From: Clostridium disporicum
GTDB taxonomy: Bacteria > Bacillota > Clostridia > Clostridiales > Clostridiaceae
Direction of reading: 5' to 3'
DNA: 32,000 nucleotides
Assembly (NCBI RefSeq): GCF_001405015.1
Contig: NZ_CYZX01000017.1
Span: 43,552-75,551 of the forward strand
Shown here: positions 11,720 to 20,324 of the stretch, piece after piece
Position numbering within the stretch: the first letter of the stretch is position 1
How the letters are laid out: the number at the start of each line of letters is the position of its first letter
Made by a program: the position numbers and the translations under genes
The notes under the pieces: generated by a model
Told to the model about the DNA's origin: nothing
The model's input: the letters and a program-made list of their open reading frames with translations, nothing else
Database searches by the model: none

Positions 11720-12481
11720 ATGGGAAAGATTTATGTATCACAGCTTTTTTCAGATGTAGAAGTATTTGAATTGCTTAAAGATAAAGATATAGGTATTGAA
11801 ATTATCGAGTTCGGTATTGGAAGCGTACTTGATAAAGAGGATAACGGATTAAGTGATTATTTAAGTAGGATGGGCGATAGTATAAAGAATAGAAACTTAT
11901 CTTTACATGGACCATTCCTTGATTTAAACCCAGCTAGCTTTGATAGCTTAGTAAGAAGTGCAACTATGCAGAGATTTAATCAAGTATATTCTGTTGCAAA
12001 GAAACTTAATGCTGATAGAATAATTTTTCACTCATGTTTTTATGAAGATATTTATTTCAAAGAAGCCTATGTTACCAACTCTATAGAATTCTGGAAAGAA
12101 TTTTTAGCTGATAAGGATGAGTCTATTAAAATACATATAGAGAATGTGTTGGAAAAGTCTATGGACCATTTAGTAGAAGTTGTAGAAGGAGTAAATAATG
12201 ACAACTTAACGATATGCTTAGATATTGGACATGCAAATTGCTATTCAGATGTACCAGTAGAAGAGTGGATTAAATCTTTAGGAAATAAGATAGGTCATAT
12301 TCATCTCCATAATAATTATGGAATTAAAGATACACATGAAGGCTTAAATAAAGGCAATATGGATATTTGTTATTTGCTTCATAAAATTAATGAATACTGT
12401 TGCAATCCATCAATGACTATTGAAATTAATGATTACTATGAAATAAATAGCTCTATAGAAGTGTTAAATAAGTTTTTGTAG
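11720..12481 (+). CDS. Xylose isomerase-like TIM-barrel protein (sugar phosphate isomerase/epimerase family)
   Basis: The 253-aa protein has LSLHGPFLDLNPAS, IIFHSCF, IENV, CLDIGHAN, and HIHLHNN, the typical metal-ligand pattern of this fold. It starts 11 nt after aat, so the two are probably co-transcribed. Confidence 0.75.
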   Translation: MGKIYVSQLFSDVEVFELLKDKDIGIEIIEFGIGSVLDKEDNGLSDYLSRMGDSIKNRNLSLHGPFLDLNPASFDSLVRSATMQRFNQVYSVAKKLNADRIIFHSCFYEDIYFKEAYVTNSIEFWKEFLADKDESIKIHIENVLEKSMDHLVEVVEGVNNDNLTICLDIGHANCYSDVPVEEWIKSLGNKIGHIHLHNNYGIKDTHEGLNKGNMDICYLLHKINEYCCNPSMTIEINDYYEINSSIEVLNKFL

Positions 12482-12488
12482 ATATTTT

Positions 12489-12524
12489 CAGTAGAGGGTT
12501 TAGTTTAGGCTAAACTCTCTACTG
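12489..12524 (+). terminator. Strong hairpin terminator after the aat operon
   Basis: A 15-bp stem pairs CAGTAGAGGGTTTAG with CTAAACTCTCTACTG (one G-U pair) around a 6-nt loop. A T-rich tail follows. Confidence 0.75.
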
Positions 12525-12747
12525 AGTTATTCTTCTTTCTATTAAGTTTTATTGATTTTTAATAAATTCTTTTGGTAGATTTTTTTATGTTTAAAGGCTT
12601 CTGTCTAAAGAAAACATTATTTGTAATTATATTTACTATCTCCTTTTTTGTTGTAATTAATAACATAAAACAGTAAAATTATACTGTAATAAGGTGTTTT
12701 ATCTAGAATAAGCATAGTAAAAAAATATAGATTAAGGGGATGGATTT

Positions 12748-12930
12748 ATGTATAAGTATAGATATGAAAAATCATCAGGGGGAACGTTTTTTACAGAACC
12801 GGATCATAGAGAGGTCATAGATAAATTAGCTAGAGAGGGATGGAGATTTGTAGCTGCAATACCTACTTATCAAACTGGAGAAGGTAAAGTTAAGGAGTTT
12901 GATTTAGTATTTGAAAAAAAGGTCGATTAA
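12748..12930 (+). CDS. Small DUF4177-like protein
   Basis: The 60-aa ORF has AAGGGGATGG upstream. The sequence YKY....GGTFF..PDHREVIDKLAREGWRFV resembles DUF4177 from memory. Confidence 0.65.
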   Translation: MYKYRYEKSSGGTFFTEPDHREVIDKLAREGWRFVAAIPTYQTGEGKVKEFDLVFEKKVD

Positions 12931-12978
12931 TAATAGTTTAATGGGAAGTAGTATAAAATTTATATTTAGTTATTTATT

Positions 12979-13006
12979 AAAGCTATAGAGTAATCTATAG
13001 CTTTTT
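12979..13006 (+). terminator. Rho-independent terminator
   Basis: The stem pairs AAAGCTATAG with CTATAGCTTT around a 6-nt loop, and a T5 run follows. Confidence 0.75.
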
Positions 13007-13117
13007 ATAATATCTTCTGTTAAAAAATGATATTATTTATCACAAAAATAATAATATAATTTACTAAATTATACAATTTATGGTAAAATATTTTTGTGAA
13101 CATTTGGGGGTGGGTGA

Positions 13118-14221
13118 ATGGAACTAAAACATATTTCAATAAAAGTAAAATTAATAATATTTGTATATATGTTATTATCAATAACAAAAATGCAAAAAAT
13201 AGATAAGTCATTAATAATTTTAATGCTTTTATATTTAATATCAATATTTTCAAATGGAATAGTAAAAGAGAAATATAGAATTATACTAAGTGCTTTTGAA
13301 GGTTTATGTGCTTTGTTTATAGGAATAAAGTTTATTCCTATAGCTATGGTTTTATTAATAATTACAATGCTGGAGCTTGCTCTAGGAAAGATAAAAGATA
13401 AAGGTATTTTATTTGCTTTAATTGCTTTACCTTTATTGTTAATAAGAGACTATTTATTAAATAGTGAAATTATAGTATTGGTTTTAGTTATAGCATTGTT
13501 CTTTTCTTATTATTTTAAAGAACAACATAACTTATTTAAAATGGAGAGAGAAAATGAACAAAGAAGAAAAGAAATATATAAACTTCAAAGCAGATTAAAA
13601 GAAGAACAGAATTTTAAAGAGCAATTTCTGTATACAATGCAATTAGAAGAAAGAAATAAGCTTTCTGGAAAGCTTCACGATAGAATAGGTCACACAATAT
13701 CGGGAACGTTGCTTCAGTTAGAAGCTATTAAACTAACTATTGATAATAACAAGGAGCAAGGAAAAAAACTATTAGATATGTCTATTGATAACTTAAGAAA
13801 AGGTATGAATGATATTAGAATGATTTTAAGAGAAATTAGACCACAGCAAGAAGAATTAGGAATTAATAGAATCAAATTAATATTAGAAGAAAAGACTAAA
13901 AATACAAGATTTAAATATAGTATAAGACATTCAGGTGATTTAGAAAAAATATCAGCATCTAATTGGATTATTTTTGTACAAGCTGTAAAGGAATTAAGTA
14001 CAAATTCAATTAAATATTCTAAGGGTACAGAAATAGATGTAAATATAACAATCTTAAATAAAATTATCAAGTTAGAAGTTAGAGATAATGGTATAGGCTC
14101 AATGGAAGTTAAAAAGGGCATTGGTTTATCTAATTTAGAAGAGAAGATTGCAGAAATCAATGGACAGCTAATAGTTGATGGTACAGATGGATTTTCTGTA
14201 ATTTTAATAATTCCATTTTAA
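13118..14221 (+). CDS. Sensor histidine kinase, HisKA_3 (NarX/DesK/LiaS-like) with a multi-TM N-terminus
   Basis: The N-terminal region of about 150 aa is hydrophobic (about 5 TM) with no obvious extracytoplasmic domain. The H-box is LSGKLHDRIGHTISG and the ATPase motifs are ELSTNSIKYS, DNGIG, and GIGLSNL. GGGGGTGGGTGA lies upstream. Confidence 0.9.
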   Translation: MELKHISIKVKLIIFVYMLLSITKMQKIDKSLIILMLLYLISIFSNGIVKEKYRIILSAFEGLCALFIGIKFIPIAMVLLIITMLELALGKIKDKGILFALIALPLLLIRDYLLNSEIIVLVLVIALFFSYYFKEQHNLFKMERENEQRRKEIYKLQSRLKEEQNFKEQFLYTMQLEERNKLSGKLHDRIGHTISGTLLQLEAIKLTIDNNKEQGKKLLDMSIDNLRKGMNDIRMILREIRPQQEELGINRIKLILEEKTKNTRFKYSIRHSGDLEKISASNWIIFVQAVKELSTNSIKYSKGTEIDVNITILNKIIKLEVRDNGIGSMEVKKGIGLSNLEEKIAEINGQLIVDGTDGFSVILIIPF

Positions 14222-14231
14222 AGGAGGCTAT

Positions 14232-14870
14232 ATGGAAAAGATTAAAATCTTAATAGTAGATGATGATTCCTTAATAAGGGAGAGTTTAAAAATAATATTA
14301 AGCTCTGATGACAAAATAGAAGTTTTATCTACAGCTAGTAATGGACAAGAAGCAGTGGATTATTGTATTAAAAACTCAGTTGATATTGCTTTAGTAGATA
14401 TAAGAATGCCTTTAGTTAATGGAGTAAAAGCTACAAAAGAAATAACTAAGAGAACTAACACTAAGGTAATTATTTTAACTACTTTTGATGAAGATGAATA
14501 TATAAAAGAAGCATTGAACTATGGAGCTAAGGGATACTTATTAAAAAATACATCACCTAGAAAGATAATAGAAACTATAAAAGTAGTGAGCAGTGGAAAT
14601 TGCGTCATTCAAGAAGAGGTATTAAATAAGATAACAGATAAGCTACTTAAAGTTAATAATAAATCAGAAAAGAAAATAGATACAAGTTTATTTACAGAAA
14701 GAGAATTAAACATTATGGAAGCGATAGCAGATGGATTAACTAATAAAGAAATATCAAAAAAACTATTTATATCAGAAGGAACTGTAAAAAACTATATTAC
14801 ATCTATTTTAGATAAGACAGATTTAGAACATAGAACACAAATAGCAATTTACTATATAAAAGGTAAGTAA
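14232..14870 (+). CDS. Response regulator, NarL/LuxR family
   Basis: The receiver domain has ILIVDDD...DIALVDIRMP. The C-terminal LuxR HTH is LTERELNIMEAIADGLTNKEISKKLFISEGTVKNYITSIL. The gene starts 10 nt after the kinase. Confidence 0.93.
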   Translation: MEKIKILIVDDDSLIRESLKIILSSDDKIEVLSTASNGQEAVDYCIKNSVDIALVDIRMPLVNGVKATKEITKRTNTKVIILTTFDEDEYIKEALNYGAKGYLLKNTSPRKIIETIKVVSSGNCVIQEEVLNKITDKLLKVNNKSEKKIDTSLFTERELNIMEAIADGLTNKEISKKLFISEGTVKNYITSILDKTDLEHRTQIAIYYIKGK

Positions 14871-14922
14871 ACCCAAAGAATTAAATATATAGTGGTAACT
14901 AAGAGACAGGGGGAGATTTTAA

Positions 14923-15075
14923 TTGAAGTTTGATCTTTGGAGATCGGTAGAAGTTTTTGTAATTGGATTAATAGTATGCTTTACTACAACTATGCTTCTT
15001 GGGGATGAGGCATTTACTGGTATAGCAATAATTTATTTAGCTGCAGTTATTGCAGGAAAAGTCAGCAATAAATAA
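14923..15075 (+). CDS. Small two-TM membrane protein (50 aa, TTG start), absent from the ORF track
   Basis: A strong RBS, GGGGGAG (14909-14915), lies 7 nt before TTG 14923. Translation gives MKFDLWRSVEVFVIGLIVCFTTTMLLGDEAFTGIAIIYLAAVIAGKVSNK*, which has two hydrophobic helices. Confidence 0.45.
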   Translation: MKFDLWRSVEVFVIGLIVCFTTTMLLGDEAFTGIAIIYLAAVIAGKVSNK

Positions 15076-15106
15076 GTTAGGTTATTAAATTAAAGGGGTG
15101 ATTGAA

Positions 15107-15811
15107 ATGAAGGCATATGAGAAATTATCTAAATTTTACAAAAAGGATTGGGGTAATGATAGTATTAGATATATTGATTTAATTACAAATGTAATTAATA
15201 CATTAGATTTAAAGATAACTTCTATCTTAGATGTTGGGTGTGGTACAGGGATACTTGCAAATGAGTTGAAGAAAATGAACTTTGAAGTTAGCGGAATGGA
15301 TATTTCAGAGGACATGATTAATGTAGCTAAAGAAACTACAACAGAAATTGAATTTATAGTAGCAGACATGAGAAATTTTGATATGAAGAAGAAATTTGAT
15401 ATGATTACATGTGCTTTTGATGCTATTAATTATATAACTACTGATGAGGATATGGAAAATGCTATGAGTAGTATTTATAATAACTTAAATGAAAATGGAT
15501 TTTTTATATTTGATGTTAACACACCTTATTTATATGAGGATAAGCATTTTGGTGTAATCAATAGGGTATTTGATAATATACATTTTAAGCAAATATTAGA
15601 ATATGATAAAACAACTCAAATAGCTACTACACTTTTTGATTTTGGAAATAATGAGTTAGAAAATCATATTCTAAGGGCATATTCAGTTGAAAAAATGGAT
15701 GAATATCTTTTGAAATCTGGATTTGAAATAGTTGGTAGATATAAAAACTTTAGAATGTTTCCTATAGAAGATAGAACATACAAGGTTTTTTATGTAGCAA
15801 AAAAGAGGTAA
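15107..15811 (+). CDS. Class I SAM-dependent methyltransferase
   Basis: Motif I is ILDVGCGTG and the post-I motif is DISEDM. I prefer ATG 15107 (AAAGGGG is 8 nt upstream) over the track's GTG at 15098. Confidence 0.88.
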   Translation: MKAYEKLSKFYKKDWGNDSIRYIDLITNVINTLDLKITSILDVGCGTGILANELKKMNFEVSGMDISEDMINVAKETTTEIEFIVADMRNFDMKKKFDMITCAFDAINYITTDEDMENAMSSIYNNLNENGFFIFDVNTPYLYEDKHFGVINRVFDNIHFKQILEYDKTTQIATTLFDFGNNELENHILRAYSVEKMDEYLLKSGFEIVGRYKNFRMFPIEDRTYKVFYVAKKR

Positions 15812-15893
15812 GCTAGAAATAATATAGCTTTACAAAAGGGAGGTTAAGGAGATTTAGAGTCTCAGTTAAATTCCAAGTTAGAGGTGAATTCAG

Positions 15894-16397
15894 ATGAATT
15901 TAAGATTAGCTAATATGTATGACTTACCCAAAATCAAAGTTGTATACGGAAAAATAATTGATAACATGAATAAAAATAACATACAGATTTGGAATGAGAT
16001 TTATCCATGTGAGGTTTTCTATGATGATATTGTAAATAATCGTCTTTATGTTTTAACGGAAAACGATGAGATAGTTTCAGCTTTTGCTTTAAGCAATTCA
16101 AATTTAGGAGAAGAGTATATGAAATGGGGAAATAAAAATGCTAAAGCATTATATATTGATAGGTTTGGAGTTAATGTCAATTATTTAAGAAAAGGAATTG
16201 GCAGCGTAATGATTAATAAAGCAATTGCCATTGCAAGAGATAGCAGTGCTAAATATATACGGCTTTTTGTTGTGGATATAAATAAACCTGCAATAAATTT
16301 TTATTTAAAGAATGGCTTTAAGCAAGTTGATGGAATCTATGAAGAAAGAATTGATGATTTTGTGTTAAGTGAATATGGCTTTGAGATAAAAGTATAA
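15894..16397 (+). CDS. GNAT family N-acetyltransferase
   Basis: The 167-aa protein has the acetyl-CoA motif A, RKGIGSVMINKAIAIAR, followed by NKPAINFYLKNGF. Confidence 0.88.
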   Translation: MNLRLANMYDLPKIKVVYGKIIDNMNKNNIQIWNEIYPCEVFYDDIVNNRLYVLTENDEIVSAFALSNSNLGEEYMKWGNKNAKALYIDRFGVNVNYLRKGIGSVMINKAIAIARDSSAKYIRLFVVDINKPAINFYLKNGFKQVDGIYEERIDDFVLSEYGFEIKV

Positions 16398-16442
16398 ATG
16401 AACATGTATAATTTTATTATTAAATTAAGAGATATTGAATAG

Positions 16443-16487
16443 GTGCCAGTAGGTGTTTTGTTTTTGCACAAATATACCTACTGGCAC
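16443..16487. terminator. 12-bp-stem hairpin terminator after the GNAT gene
   Basis: GTGCCAGTAGGT (16443-16454) pairs perfectly with ACCTACTGGCAC (16476-16487). T-rich sequence follows. Confidence 0.65.
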
Positions 16488-16598
16488 TAGTTTATTTATT
16501 TCTTTTTAAATATCTCATTATTATAATACCCTCTTCAACAACATAATATCGAAGAGTTTTGATTTCGTATTTAGAGTCAAATCACCATCTCAAATTAT

Positions 16599-16676
16599 CT
16601 AGTCGAATCCATCATTTTCATCTGCTATATAGCAATCTAAGCCTATTGTTAAATTTAATATTATTTTCCCATCCAT
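16599..16676 (-). pseudogene. N-terminal remnant of a RibD C-terminal-domain (dihydrofolate reductase-like) protein
   Basis: The minus-strand translation MDGKIILNLTIGLDCYIADENDGFD* matches the conserved start of that family (..SLDGYIAD..G..DWL). LDNL continues in a shifted frame and similarity then ends. Confidence 0.45.
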
Positions 16677-16755
16677 ATTAGTAATACTCCAGGTAACCTT
16701 TTTTATAGTATTTATAAAAATTTATCCCCTTAATATAAAGGCGAAGCAATTAAAT

Positions 16756-16788
16756 ATGACTTTTGTCATATGCACTTTATGACTTTGT
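16756..16788. promoter_or_regulatory. Inverted repeat ATGAC-TTTT-GTCAT plus a third ATGAC half-site upstream of the ABC operon
   Basis: ATGACTTTTGTCAT lies at 16756-16769 and ATGACTTTGT at 16779-16788, about 70-100 nt upstream of ATG 16854. Confidence 0.3.
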
Positions 16789-16853
16789 ATAGTAGGTTGA
16801 TTTTTATATATTTCCTATAATGATGGTATAAGATAAAACTTGGGGGTATTTAA

Positions 16854-17789
16854 ATGAAGGTTATTGAAATAAGGGATTTAGTAAAGAAGTATGGTAATAA
16901 CATTGCTGTTGATAATATTAACTTATCTATAGATGAAGGTGAAATATATGGTCTACTTGGGCCAAATGGGGCTGGTAAAAGTACAATTATAAACATGCTT
17001 TGCTCTTTATTAAAGCCAAACTCTGGTTCTTTAAAGATATTTGGGGTAGATGTGCAAGAGCATAACATGGATGTTAAGAAAAAGATTGGGCTAGTTCCTC
17101 AAAATGTTGCTGTATACAAAGACTTTACTGCTTATGAAAATGTTAAATTTTTTGGAGAGTTATATGGTTTAAGAGGAAATAAGCTTAAGGAAAGTGTTAA
17201 TAAAGCACTAGAATTTGTTGGATTACTAGATGTAGCTAAAGACCAAGCAAAAAGTTTTTCAGGTGGAATGGTCAGAAGATTAAATATAGCTTGTGCGATA
17301 GTTCATGAACCAAAATTGATTATAATGGATGAACCTACTGTAGGAATCGATCCTCAATCAAGAAATCATATTTTAAATGCTGTAAAGACTTTAAATAAAA
17401 ATGGGACTACTATAATTTATACTACTCACTATATGGAAGAAGCAGAGAATCTTTGTAGCAAGATAGGAATTATAGATAAAGGAAAGATAATAGTTGAAGG
17501 AAGTACTGATGAGTTAAAGTCTATGGTAAGTGATAAGAAAACTTTACAGATACGTGTTGATGATGTTTATAAGCTTGAAATAGAAAATATTAAAAAGATA
17601 AAAGGTGTATCAGAAATTATCATTGACCAAAACTGTTTAACAATAAATACTCAAAAGGAAATAAACAACCTAGATATATTAATAAAAAGTATAACTGATT
17701 CAAATGTAAAAATATTAGATTTAGGCTTTAAGGAAATAACACTTGAAACTGTATTTTTAACTTTAACAGGTAGAAGTTTAAGAGATTAG
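16854..17789 (+). CDS. ABC transporter ATP-binding protein (ABC-2 subfamily)
   Basis: Walker A is GPNGAGKST, the signature is FSGGMVRRL, and Walker B is LIIMDEPTVGID. GGGGGT lies upstream. Confidence 0.95.
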   Translation: MKVIEIRDLVKKYGNNIAVDNINLSIDEGEIYGLLGPNGAGKSTIINMLCSLLKPNSGSLKIFGVDVQEHNMDVKKKIGLVPQNVAVYKDFTAYENVKFFGELYGLRGNKLKESVNKALEFVGLLDVAKDQAKSFSGGMVRRLNIACAIVHEPKLIIMDEPTVGIDPQSRNHILNAVKTLNKNGTTIIYTTHYMEEAENLCSKIGIIDKGKIIVEGSTDELKSMVSDKKTLQIRVDDVYKLEIENIKKIKGVSEIIIDQNCLTINTQKEINNLDILIKSITDSNVKILDLGFKEITLETVFLTLTGRSLRD

Positions 17790-17797
17790 GAGGAGTT

Positions 17798-18943
17798 ATG
17801 ATATCAATAATTAAAGGGATAATATTAAATCAAATAAGAAAGAAAAATAGTACACTCTTTAAGATAGTTTTTCCAGTATTCTTAATTCTTGTTCTAGGTT
17901 TTACTCTTTCAAATGATTTTGAAACAGGTAGAGATACATCTTTAGATAAATTAGATGTCTTATATATTGATAATGGAGACGATTATTCAAAAGAAGTATT
18001 AAAGGCTTTTAAGAAAATAGATTCGGGGTTAGAAATAGAATTTAAAGAAGCAACTTCAATAGAAGAAGCTAAACAAAGAGTTAGAATTGAAAAAGCAGTG
18101 TTTCTCTATTTAAATAAAGGAATAATAGAGATATATTCTAACGATAAGTATATTACTAATTCATCTATAGTATATGGAATGTTGAAGGGGATAAGCAATG
18201 GTTTAAATGCCACTTTAGAGATGTATAATGTTAATCCACAAAGAGATTTTACAATAACTCCTATAGAAAAAAATGGAATTTTAGATGTAGAAACTATAGC
18301 AAGTACTAAGTCACCATCATCAATGGATTATTATGGTGTGGCAGAGATTGGGCTTATGATATTTTATTACTTTTCAATGCCAATTTATTATATGAAGGAA
18401 GAAAGAAAAAGAAATATAAAGGACAGGATTTTACTTTCTGGAATTTCAAATAGAAAATATTATTTTGCATCTTTTATAGGTTATTCTGTATTTGCATTTT
18501 CAACTACTACGCTAGCATATCTAATATCTAAATTTATCTTAGGCATTAACTATGGAAATAATATTTTAATCCTTCCTATTGCAGCATTACCTTTTATTAC
18601 GTTAGTGATATCTTTAGGTATGTTTTTATCAATAGTACTAAAGGATGAAGATAGAGGTGAAATAATAGGATCTTCAGTAGTAATTCCAATTTTATGTTTC
18701 TTAGGGGGAGGATATATAGCTTTAGGTGATGATGTAAATGTTCTATTCAATATTGTTACAAAGATATCACCATTAAGATGGTTTAATAATGGACTATTTA
18801 GATATATCTATAACGGTGACAGCTCTATGTTAATTACATGGGTTATTATAGGTTCTTTAGCAACAATAATATTATTAGCATTAATATACTATATACTTGG
18901 AAAGGAAGATTTTATTGATGGCAAATGTATGGATTCTATTTAA
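17798..18943 (+). CDS. ABC-2 type transporter permease
   Basis: The 381-aa protein has an N-terminal TM, a large extracytoplasmic loop, and then a cluster of about 5 TM. It starts 8 nt after the ATPase, with AGGAGG upstream. Confidence 0.85.
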   Translation: MISIIKGIILNQIRKKNSTLFKIVFPVFLILVLGFTLSNDFETGRDTSLDKLDVLYIDNGDDYSKEVLKAFKKIDSGLEIEFKEATSIEEAKQRVRIEKAVFLYLNKGIIEIYSNDKYITNSSIVYGMLKGISNGLNATLEMYNVNPQRDFTITPIEKNGILDVETIASTKSPSSMDYYGVAEIGLMIFYYFSMPIYYMKEERKRNIKDRILLSGISNRKYYFASFIGYSVFAFSTTTLAYLISKFILGINYGNNILILPIAALPFITLVISLGMFLSIVLKDEDRGEIIGSSVVIPILCFLGGGYIALGDDVNVLFNIVTKISPLRWFNNGLFRYIYNGDSSMLITWVIIGSLATIILLALIYYILGKEDFIDGKCMDSI

Positions 18944-20066
18944 GAATAATTTATATATTTCAGTAGTAAAGAAAAAGGTTAATTTTATTTTAACCTTAGT
19001 AGCTCCTATTCTAATTTTATTGCTTATGGGTAAAATACTTAGCTTTGGTGGTGGAAATTCTTTGAATATTGGGATAGTAGATAATGATAATACAAAGACT
19101 ACAGAAGCTTTAGTAGAATTTTTACAAGACACAAATTTTATTAATGTTATAAATATGGATGAAAATGATATAAATAATAAGTTAGCAGAAAGAACTATAT
19201 TCGGTGTTATATCTTTTAAAGAAGGATATGAAGAAGCATTATTTACTGGAAATGAAGATAAGATTTTAATAACAACTACTGAGAATGATGTTGATATTAA
19301 AGATATTATTAGTGACATGCTGTACCCTGAAGTTGTAAATATTAGAAATTTAGCTAATGTATGTGAAAGTAAACAAGAGTATATAGAGGTTTTAGATAGT
19401 TATAAAAATGACGGAGAAGTTAAAATTGAGAGAAAACCACTTTCAGATTTGAGAGAAGATTACTTAAAATCAAGTATATTTGTTGGTTTTATTATATTCT
19501 TTATGTTACTTAGAGGAAGTAGTGGATCATTACATTATTATGAAGAAAAAGATGAAAATGTATTTAATAGACTTTTTATGGCACCAGTGGAATCATATCA
19601 GTACTATTTAGCTGACCTTTTAAGCAACTATTTAGTAGTTTTTATACAAGCTATTATAGGAATACTAGGAATGAAGATTTTAGGTACTAACATTGGTGTT
19701 AGTAGTGGAATGCTATTGCTAATAATGGGTGTTGTTGGGCTAGTGTCAGTATCACTAGCTATATGTATTAGAGCTTTTTGTAATACCTATAGTGAGTTTA
19801 ATATGATTTTTAATTTTTTAAATATTATTCTAATAATTGTTGGAGGATGTTTCGTACCATTAGATATAATGCCAAAGTTGGTAAATAATATTTCATATTT
19901 GACACCAACTAGATGGGCAATGGAAGCAATAAGTGATTTACAATTAGGATTAGGATTTAAGGATATAGTACCACATATATTCATTATTATATTATTTGCA
20001 GTAGTTTTCTTTGTTATTGGTTCATACAAAACAACAAAATCAGAAAAAGAGTTTTCTATAATTTAA
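18918..20066 (+). CDS. ABC-2 type transporter permease (second subunit)
   Basis: It has the same architecture as the preceding permease. I prefer ATG 18918 (MANVWILFKNN; GGAAAGGAAG upstream) over the track's TTG at 18897. It overlaps the previous gene by 26 nt. Confidence 0.85.
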   Translation: MANVWILFKNNLYISVVKKKVNFILTLVAPILILLLMGKILSFGGGNSLNIGIVDNDNTKTTEALVEFLQDTNFINVINMDENDINNKLAERTIFGVISFKEGYEEALFTGNEDKILITTTENDVDIKDIISDMLYPEVVNIRNLANVCESKQEYIEVLDSYKNDGEVKIERKPLSDLREDYLKSSIFVGFIIFFMLLRGSSGSLHYYEEKDENVFNRLFMAPVESYQYYLADLLSNYLVVFIQAIIGILGMKILGTNIGVSSGMLLLIMGVVGLVSVSLAICIRAFCNTYSEFNMIFNFLNIILIIVGGCFVPLDIMPKLVNNISYLTPTRWAMEAISDLQLGLGFKDIVPHIFIIILFAVVFFVIGSYKTTKSEKEFSII

Positions 20067-20160
20067 ATATTAAATACTTTATGTTTAACAAATTTAAATG
20101 AATATATGTATATAAATCTAAATCCATCTAAAGATCCTAATAGGAATTTTTTTATTAAAA

Positions 20161-20186
20161 GTCACAGGGGAATCTGTGACTTTTTT
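20161..20186 (+). terminator. Rho-independent terminator after the ABC operon
   Basis: GTCACAG GGGAAT CTGTGAC followed by TTTTTT. Confidence 0.8.
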
Positions 20187-20259
20187 GTTGGATAAAAATA
20201 CCGATACTAGGTTTTAATTAGATAAAAATATAATTTTTGAAAAAATAAATGAAAAAATC

Positions 20260-20288
20260 TTTACAACAGAACATATGTTCTTTATAAT
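20260..20288 (+). promoter_or_regulatory. SOS promoter with a LexA (DinR) box inside the spacer
   Basis: TTTACA (20260-20265), a 17-bp spacer, then TATAAT (20283-20288). The spacer contains the perfect palindrome AGAACATATGTTCT (20268-20281), which matches the Firmicute LexA consensus GAAC-N4-GTTC. Confidence 0.85.
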
Positions 20289-20324
20289 TAAAAGTAGCAT
20301 TTATTTATTAAGGGAGTGGTATAA

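Noticed and set aside
13020-13253. Minus-strand 77-aa hydrophobic ORF overlapping the kinase promoter and start
   Set aside because: It is low-complexity Ile/Leu/Phe-rich sequence produced by AT-rich DNA. It has no RBS and overlaps the kinase start region.
13714-14160. Minus-strand 148-aa ORF inside the HisKA_3 kinase
   Set aside because: It is antisense to a gene with clear H-box and ATPase motifs, and is a typical shadow ORF of AT-rich coding sequence.
15136-15369. Minus-strand 77-aa ORF inside the methyltransferase gene
   Set aside because: It is a shadow ORF.
16602-16610. GTCGAATCC, which resembles a tRNA T-arm
   Set aside because: The flanks cannot form an acceptor stem or anticodon arm. 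It lies inside the RibD_C remnant. I found no tRNA or rRNA in this window.
16850-20029. Minus-strand ORFs 16850-17068, 18550-18750, 18881-19318 and 19787-20029 within the ABC operon
   Set aside because: All are antisense to well-supported ABC ATPase and permease genes and have no RBS.
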